From Rotaria sp. (taxonomy: Eukaryota): a stretch of 5,000 bases of DNA. Every line of letters starts with the position of its first letter. Positions within the stretch are counted from its first letter, which is position 1. Position numbers and translations under genes: made by a program. Shown here piece by piece: positions 1-5,000 of the stretch. Location of the stretch: positions 49,854 through 54,853 of the forward strand of contig CAJNZC010000789.1 of assembly GCA_905331515.1 (NCBI GenBank), read 5' to 3'. Under the pieces are notes generated by a model. It searched no databases and was not told the origin of the DNA. It saw nothing but the letters and a program-made list of their open reading frames with translations.

Positions 1-178
1 GCATGTGAATGTGTGTAGGCCTAGAAGTGATGGCCTCATTATTGATGACAGTAATGATAACACTCGCAATCGCAACTCGACACCGATCCCACAGTTACAC
101 TCAGACACTCAGAGACACAATCACGGGTGTGGGTAAGGATGCTAGTCTTGACTCAACCTACACCAGCAACCAGACCAT

Positions 179-309
179 CACAGCCACAGCCACAGCCACA
201 GCCACACCCACACACCCACACCCACACCCACGCCCACACCCACACCCACACCCACACCCACACCCACCCCCACACCCCACCCCCCCACCCCACACCCACA
301 CCCACACCC
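179..309. repeat. Compound hexanucleotide microsatellite: (CACAGC)x4 at 179-202, then imperfect (CACACC)n at 203-309
   Basis: Read directly. Four exact CACAGC units are followed by about 17 CACACC/CCCACA-type units. Point variants include cgccca at 231-236, and C-run expansions occur at 267-271, 275-278, 280-286 and 288-291. Confidence 0.95.
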
Positions 310-316
310 TTTCCGA

Positions 317-416
317 GTAACTGGTAACGGGACGTTACCGTTCCCGGGTAACTGGTATCTATTCCGTTATCTGTTATCGTTACCGTTCCCGGATAACGGT
401 CTGGAAACGGTAACTT
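317..416. repeat. TAACGG/GTTACC-rich block with internal direct and inverted repeats; possible cis-regulatory module or decayed repeat/TE fragment
   Basis: A 20-bp direct repeat cgttaccgttcccgg[g/a]taac occurs at 333-352 and 378-397 (19/20 identical, 45-bp offset). gtaactggta occurs at 317-326 and 348-357. A perfect palindrome GGTAACG-gga-CGTTACC spans 323-339. ACCGTT (382-387) is inverted against AACGGT (395-400). The block lies 115-214 bp upstream of the ATG at 531. The repeat structure is certain; its function is not. Confidence 0.6.
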
Positions 417-518
417 CCGACCCCTAATTATACCTCATTCAAACATATTATTTGAAAATAGTTTCATCCAACATAGCTCAAAGATGCTATTTTCCAATCT
501 ATTCTCTAGATTATCTTT

Positions 519-524
519 TCAGTT
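519..524 (+). promoter_or_regulatory. Initiator-like element TCAGTT (fits YYANWYY / TCAKTY), with its A 10 nt upstream of the ATG
   Basis: This is a motif match only. The same bases end a pyrimidine tract plus CAG (ttatcttttcag, 511-522) that reads equally well as a 3' splice acceptor. No TATA box is visible about 30 bp upstream. Confidence 0.2.
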
Positions 525-530
525 CTTAAA

Positions 531-2744
531 ATGCCTTGGAATTATTGGAATTGGGTTTATTGTAGTGTTTTCATTAGTCTTAGTATCGTTTTAATTACAT
601 TTTTCATTTTGGTTATTTTACTGCGTTATTTTGATGATGTATTCTTCAGTGCTGTTGCTAAGCTTTTCAACGTTGAACGTTGTATTATTGATATACATCA
701 TCAAATTATTCCAAATTCAACATTTAATTTCTCGAGTGCTGGCAAAGTAAAAACTACAAAATCTGTTTCTGGAATTTTGTCTTTCTGCGGAATATGTACT
801 GGTGAAGCATCTGACACAAGCGCCGGACGTGAGCAATTGCCTAATTCAACATTGTCTGAAATAAATGACATTAAGCAGTTTCTCTGGGATATCGAGCGCA
901 ACATTATCCCTGAACTTAGAAATTTTACTAATTCAATACTATCACGGAAACATGAAATCGCACAGCTTCTCGAAAGTAACGAGAATAATATTAGTGCCAG
1001 GCTAAGAAAATTAGTCAGTTTAGCACTCTTACCAAAAAATGACATCAAACAGTCTTTCCAGGATATCGAGAACAACTTTTGCGACAGACTTCGAGAATTA
1101 ACCAGCACAAAATTGTCACCAAAAATGACAGCACAGTCTCTCCAAAATATTGAGGACAACGTTAGGGACGAACTTAGGCAATTGGCCAATTTAACACTGT
1201 CACCAATAAATGACATCACACAGTTACTCCAGGATATCGAGGCAAACGTTGGAATCGAACTTGAACGATTGGCCAGTTTAATACGATCACGAATAAATGT
1301 TGTCACACAGCTTCTCCAGGGTATCGAGGGCAAAGTTAGCGAGAGACTTGGACAATTGACTACTTCATCACTATTATCAATAAATGGTATCACACAGTTT
1401 CTTCATGATAGCAAAAACCACATGGATGCCACACTTAAACAATTGATCGATTCAACACTATCACAACAAAATAGCAGTACAAAGTCTTTCCAGCATTTCG
1501 AGAACAACGCTACTGCCAGAATTAGGCAATTGGCCAGTTCGACAGTATTACAACAAAAGGGCATCATACAGTCTTTCCAGAATATCGAGAACAACTTTAG
1601 CAATGAACTTAGAAAATTGATCAATTTACCACTGTCACCAAATAATGACATCGCACAGTCCTTTGGGGATATTGAGAACAACTTTTGTATCGAACTTCAC
1701 AAATTGGCCAGTTCAACACTTTCAGAGAAAAATGATATCACACAGGCTCTCCGGGACATCGAGAAGAACTTTACCGACGAACTTAGAGAGTTAATCGATT
1801 TAGCTTTGTCACCAATAAATGACATCACAAAATTTGGCCAAGATATCGAGGAGAACTGTAGAAAGACTCTTGGTCAATTTAAAAATTTAATATCTTCATT
1901 GGAAAATAAACGAATAACAGAAAACTTTCAACATCCTCAGTCGGACTCAAAATATGAACGGCCAGTATTGAACATGTATGGGAAGTTCCTTTCTTTCAAT
2001 AAACCAATAAATAAAGCGTTTTTAGTAATCTTAACTACAATTATTATCTCGGCTGCTCTTACTGCTGTTTTCGGTAATATTTTCCTAGCCACTACTACTG
2101 TTTATCGAGACGGTCCATGTCCTAATTATGGTCCAATGGAATGCTACTGTGGTGACAATCATACATACTTTGATTGCATTGTTGGTGAAATTGTCAACTG
2201 TCCAGTCGATTTTATCAGTGGAACATGCTTTCGCTGGATTATACGTGACGTGACAACATCGGATCTGACGACACAAATTGGCATTACTGCAGGATTATTG
2301 ACTGCTTTGGGAGCTATTGCTGAATGTCTAATACGTCTATACCTTTATGTACTTAACAAGCGCTTAGGTGTATCAATCGGTATAGCTCGTATTTTGGCTA
2401 AAACTGTTGGTATCAATACAACAACTGCTCCAAGCCCCTGTTGGTGCTGTCATTTATCTTGCCGTTGTAGTTTTCTCAACCTATGCCAGTACAAACATCC
2501 GTATATAGTTGTAATAGTAACATTTGTTTACATTTTGGTACCGGTGTTGCTTGTTCCAGGCATTGCCCTCCTATATCACTTTGAATTAACTGTAACATTA
2601 TTAACCTTCGTTTTTCTGATCACATTTGCGTTGGTCTGTGTTGTGGGTTTGTCATGGATAGCAATACAGGACGACGAAACAAGCGCCAATGTATCAGCTG
2701 GATGGGAGGACATAACAAAAGCCATCAGTGCTTTTCAAAACTAA
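531..2744 (+). CDS. Hypothetical polytopic membrane protein with 12 x 29-aa tandem repeats and Cys-rich C-terminal module (737 aa); family not recognised
   Basis: The 2214-nt uninterrupted ORF sits in AT-rich sequence where all other frames are broken often. The ATG at 531 is the first in frame after a TAG at 507-509 and has an A-rich context (aaaATGc). The frame is kept across 12 DNA repeats. Strongly hydrophobic segments lie at both ends, and the stop is TAA at 2742-2744. No internal splice structure is needed. Confidence 0.8.
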   Translation: MPWNYWNWVYCSVFISLSIVLITFFILVILLRYFDDVFFSAVAKLFNVERCIIDIHHQIIPNSTFNFSSAGKVKTTKSVSGILSFCGICTGEASDTSAGREQLPNSTLSEINDIKQFLWDIERNIIPELRNFTNSILSRKHEIAQLLESNENNISARLRKLVSLALLPKNDIKQSFQDIENNFCDRLRELTSTKLSPKMTAQSLQNIEDNVRDELRQLANLTLSPINDITQLLQDIEANVGIELERLASLIRSRINVVTQLLQGIEGKVSERLGQLTTSSLLSINGITQFLHDSKNHMDATLKQLIDSTLSQQNSSTKSFQHFENNATARIRQLASSTVLQQKGIIQSFQNIENNFSNELRKLINLPLSPNNDIAQSFGDIENNFCIELHKLASSTLSEKNDITQALRDIEKNFTDELRELIDLALSPINDITKFGQDIEENCRKTLGQFKNLISSLENKRITENFQHPQSDSKYERPVLNMYGKFLSFNKPINKAFLVILTTIIISAALTAVFGNIFLATTTVYRDGPCPNYGPMECYCGDNHTYFDCIVGEIVNCPVDFISGTCFRWIIRDVTTSDLTTQIGITAGLLTALGAIAECLIRLYLYVLNKRLGVSIGIARILAKTVGINTTTAPSPCWCCHLSCRCSFLNLCQYKHPYIVVIVTFVYILVPVLLVPGIALLYHFELTVTLLTFVFLITFALVCVVGLSWIAIQDDETSANVSAGWEDITKAISAFQN
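555..623 (+). other. N-terminal hydrophobic segment (aa 9-31, VYCSVFISLSIVLITFFILVILL): signal anchor or transmembrane helix
   Basis: Twenty-three consecutive uncharged, mostly aliphatic or aromatic residues are followed by RYFDD. This is too long for a typical cleaved signal-peptide h-region. Orientation cannot be decided by eye. Confidence 0.7.
843..1883 (+). repeat. Intragenic tandem array: 12 units of 87 bp (29 aa), with unit 4 being 84 bp (28 aa)
   Basis: GATATCGAG starts at 888, 1062, 1233 and 1842, and AATATCGAG starts at 1581. All spacings are multiples of 87 bp once the 3-bp deletion in unit 4 is allowed for. The approximate peptide consensus is s-L-t-L-S-P-x-N-D-I-x-Q-s-F/L-Q-D-I-E-x-N-F/V-x-x-E-L-R-x-L-a. 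Unit boundaries are 843, 930, 1017, 1104, 1188, 1275, 1362, 1449, 1536, 1623, 1710 and 1797. Confidence 0.9.
2016..2666 (+). other. C-terminal membrane module: 4-5 hydrophobic helices interleaved with two six-cysteine clusters
   Basis: Hydrophobic runs lie at about aa 496-519 (nt 2016-2087), 582-608 (2274-2354), 658-682 (2502-2576) and 686-712 (2586-2666). A weaker amphipathic stretch is at aa 612-628. Cys cluster 1 is aa 530-566, CPNYGPMECYCGDNHTYFDCIVGEIVNCPVDFISGTC (nt 2118-2228). Cys cluster 2 is aa 637-652, CWCCHLSCRCSFLNLC (nt 2439-2486). The tail after aa 712 is acidic. Confidence 0.65.
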
Positions 2745-4770
2745 CAAACACTTCACCACAGTCAAAACCGAACGATGAGCAGGCTTCCTAAGATATAATA
2801 CAGTCGTAACTTTGACATATTTTTTTATTATTTCAAGAATTGGGACAGCTAGAGAGTTCAATCAAATACTGTTCAACGCAACTTATCTTACTCCATCTAT
2901 TCTATAAAAACGAAATTGTTTGGTTGAAATCTTGAGCTCCTAGAAATATTTTTCTATCATTAACGCCGTTAGGTAACAGGACCCTAAATTTGTGTGCATA
3001 GCTTTAGCTCTAACTATCGCGAAAGGAGGACTACAAATGAAATACTTTTACAACAAAATTTATATAGAATCAAACGATCTTTACAAAGGTAATTTGTTAT
3101 TCTAACTTTGTTTATACTTGTGTCAAAAAACAAAGAGAAAAGAACGTAACGCTGTTGCACCTTTTTTTTTGGAAGTAAATTGTTATATTATTTTTATTCG
3201 GTGTAGGTTCGTCTGAATCAACTGTTTTACTTCTAACGGCATGTCACTACAACTCTTATCACTAAAGGTCGCGTCTGCATCCACAGATACATGATAGGTA
3301 TCTTTCAAGGTCGAGCATTTGAGCTGAGTATTCCATTTTTGACGTTTTCACTGATAAGTTTCTTCCTACTATTTTTCAGTTCATCTTTTTTCCAAGCTCA
3401 ATCAATAAAACTTTGATTGATGCAATGTTTTTCTATTCTTTCTCTACTACCTTAATACACTGAGATAGTTGAAAACGAATAGACTAAAAATAGTACCCGA
3501 TATCAAGCTTTCGCAACAGGATTACGTATATGTACTCCAAGATGTAATTATTTTCGAAACAAAGCGTAGTGCATCAGGATTGCTATGGAAAGCTAGCAAT
3601 AGCCCACTAGTTTATTGTCTATTGTTCCATACGTAGCTTATCGACAATTTAAAAGAGACCCTACTTCTTAATGCTGTTACCACAGTATTGATCAAGTATT
3701 ATTTCAAGAATATCTGCGTGGAAGAAGCGACAAGAGTTCATTCTGTCGTTGAAATAAAGATTGCATTTGATAGTTTACCAAACATTTGACAGCAAAAGTT
3801 TGGAGTCTGACATGAATTGGCATGATCTGTTTTGAAAAAGGACAGATAGAACTGTATATGGAGCGATATGACAATCAGTATTAAGTGTCAACACTTTTAG
3901 AGGCTCATAGAAATATATTTTTTCCGATGAACAAAATACAATTTCTTACACTTTTAAGTATGCTCCACAAGATAGTAGCAACGTTGCTTTTTTAAATTTT
4001 GAAGTAAATACTCAATGTTTGAATTGGCACGTTGCCTGAACAAGCCGGAGAACTACTTACAGAAAAATTAAGTATTGTCTAGCTAATATGTAATTTGAAC
4101 TTTGAAAATATCAGCGTGATTGGGTGAGCGTACGATATGCATACATGAGCATGTATTTCTATGAGATATTTCTTTTCAATCATAGAAACGAACACAAAGA
4201 TTGCCATTTGACATCCATGATAGCGCACACGCAGAATAGTGATCCATTTTCAATTATCACCAGTCACATCATTTTAACTGATTTAAGATTGAGAAAGTTA
4301 CGGCAATCGACCGTAATAACTGTTACAAGAACTTCTTGACTTCGAAAGAACCGCGCAGTACTCATAAACGGGTCATTTACAAGGTTTTCCTGTGTGCCTA
4401 CGACCGTCATCATTACTCGGACAATTGCATTCCTACACCAAATTCAGAATCAATGATTACAACTACACTCACATGCAAGTGAACATATCCATCTATATCA
4501 TATACAAACACCTTCAATAGATCCGCACACCTTCGAAATGCAATTCTACTATCCGCACACTCATATCTTCGGTCTCCGCCGACGCCTATTTCCCAATATT
4601 TTTATTTCAAAATATTTCTCTTGAATAAGACAATAAACCAGAGTTTCATTTTTTAACCTTAGATTGATTTATGCAACTGGCTTTCTTCATGGTTATGCAG
4701 AAACTTTTGTACGTTATCAAAACTTCGAACGTTGTTATCCTTGGAAACTCCGCCCAGGCATATTCATGAA

Positions 4771-5000
4771 ATGAGTCACAAGATGAAGTTTACTTCGCAA
4801 CAGAGATGTCCATCGCGGCGCTGCCGCGCCGCCGCCGCTGCCGCTGCCACGGTGGCGGTGGCGGCGCGGCAGCGGCAGGTTTTAAAAAAAAATCACCGCG
4901 GCAGCGGCGCGGTAGCGGCAGATTTTTTTAAAAGTCATCGCGGCAGCGGCGCGGTAGCGGCAGGTTTTTTAAAAAACCATCGCGGCAGCGGCGCGGCAGC
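4771..5000 (+). CDS. Doubtful partial ORF running off the window through the minisatellite (MSHKMKFTSQQRCPSRRCRAAAAAAATVAVAARQRQVLKKN, then HRGSGAVAA[D/G]F[F/L]K[S/N] repeats)
   Basis: I translated this by hand and it is not in the supplied track, probably because it has no stop inside the window. The frame is open from the TAG at 4660-4662, with the first ATG at 4771 and a second at 4783. It stays open for 76 codons to the edge. The 42-bp period is a multiple of 3, so an open frame is expected to persist by chance in at least one frame. Confidence 0.15.
   Translation, partial: MSHKMKFTSQQRCPSRRCRAAAAAAATVAVAARQRQVLKKNHRGSGAVAADFFKSHRGSGAVAAGFLKNHRGSGAA
4811..5000. repeat. GC-rich minisatellite with 42-bp period and T(n)A(n) spacers, preceded by an inverted GC-rich segment; truncated by the window end
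   Basis: Units start at 4848 (46 bp, degenerate), 4894 (42 bp), 4936 (42 bp) and 4978 (cut by the window edge). The core is ca[c/t]cgcggcagcggcgcgg[t/c]agcggcag, followed by spacers such as gttttttaaaaaac. A 15-nt perfect inverted repeat (4819-4833 against 4860-4874) marks a head-to-head junction at the array start. Confidence 0.9.

Noticed and set aside
203-309. TGTGGG/CCCACA repeats as a telomere or telomere-derived tract
   Set aside because: Unique sequence flanks the tract on both sides and it continues from a different hexamer (CACAGC). An ordinary interstitial compound microsatellite explains it best.
9-327. Two overlapping + strand ORFs (103 aa and 66 aa) giving HPHPHP / THTHTH / TATATA peptides
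   Set aside because: Their length comes from translating the stop-free CACAGC/CACACC microsatellite. The non-repeat part is short and has no coding hallmark.
701-1681. Long antisense ORFs (230 aa and 92 aa, minus strand) overlapping the repeat array
   Set aside because: They are confined to the 87-bp repeat region, where one stop-free antisense frame is simply copied unit after unit. They are interrupted at 1394-1402 and do not extend into unique flanks. The + strand ORF is three times longer and has coherent membrane-protein features.
2085-2276. 63-aa minus-strand ORF inside the CDS
   Set aside because: It is short, antisense to a much stronger ORF, and has no supporting signal.
3023-3105. 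Shine-Dalgarno-like AAGGAGG 7 nt upstream of an ATG (3037) opening a 22-codon ORF (MKYFYNKIYIESNDLYKGNLLF)
   Set aside because: The surrounding sequence is eukaryote-like, so a ribosome-binding site reading is out of context. The ORF is tiny. AAG|GTAATT at 3085-3092 could be a splice donor, but no downstream exon can be supported.
3205-3225. GGTTCG...GAATC resembling a tRNA T-arm
   Set aside because: The match to GGTTCGAATCC is interrupted, and no acceptor, D or anticodon stems can be built from the flanks.
2826-3712. 15-bp exact match tattatttcaagaat at about 2826-2840 and about 3698-3712
   Set aside because: A single AT-rich 15-mer repeat is close to chance expectation in 5 kb, and the flanks show no extended similarity.
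4124-4339. 71-aa + strand ORF (MSVRYAYMSMYFYEIF...)
   Set aside because: It is an isolated short ORF in a region with no other coding signal. The composition is unremarkable, and this length is expected by chance in 2 kb of six-frame sequence. An exon of a spliced gene cannot be fully excluded without expression data.
2745-4770. Search for a second gene, transposon termini, RNA genes or a nearby polyadenylation hexamer downstream of the CDS
   Set aside because: No ORF over 71 aa occurs on either strand. I saw only trivial 6-7 bp hairpins and no terminal inverted repeats. The first AATAAA is 660 nt past the stop (3404-3409). I therefore treat this region as unannotatable intergenic or intronic sequence rather than inventing features.
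4848-5000. Regularly spaced 28-bp repeats with short intervening segments, superficially like a CRISPR array
   Set aside because: The spacers are only about 14 bp of T-run plus A-run and are near-identical to each other, not unique sequences. The context is eukaryotic and there are no cas-like ORFs. It is a minisatellite.

Overview
This looks like eukaryotic nuclear DNA: AT-rich, with microsatellites and minisatellites and about 2 kb lacking any long ORF. I cannot assign a taxon. There is one confident gene, an apparently intronless + strand ORF (531-2744, 737 aa). It encodes a polytopic membrane protein with an N-terminal hydrophobic anchor, 12 tandem 29-aa repeats (87-bp DNA period, 843-1883) and a C-terminal module of 4-5 hydrophobic helices with two six-cysteine clusters. 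I do not recognise the family. Upstream lie a compound hexanucleotide microsatellite (179-309), G-quadruplex-prone on the minus strand, and a 100-bp block dense in TAACGG/GTTACC motifs with internal direct and inverted repeats (317-416). From 2745 to about 4770 I see no supportable gene, RNA gene or transposon end, and the first canonical AATAAA after the stop codon is at 3404-3409. At 4811 the composition switches sharply to a GC-rich 42-bp minisatellite with T(n)A(n) spacers that runs off the window. An ATG-initiated frame (4771 onward) stays open through it, but coding status is doubtful. I found no multi-gene system, CRISPR array or prokaryotic-style operon. The most notable object is the orphan-looking repeat-bearing membrane protein.
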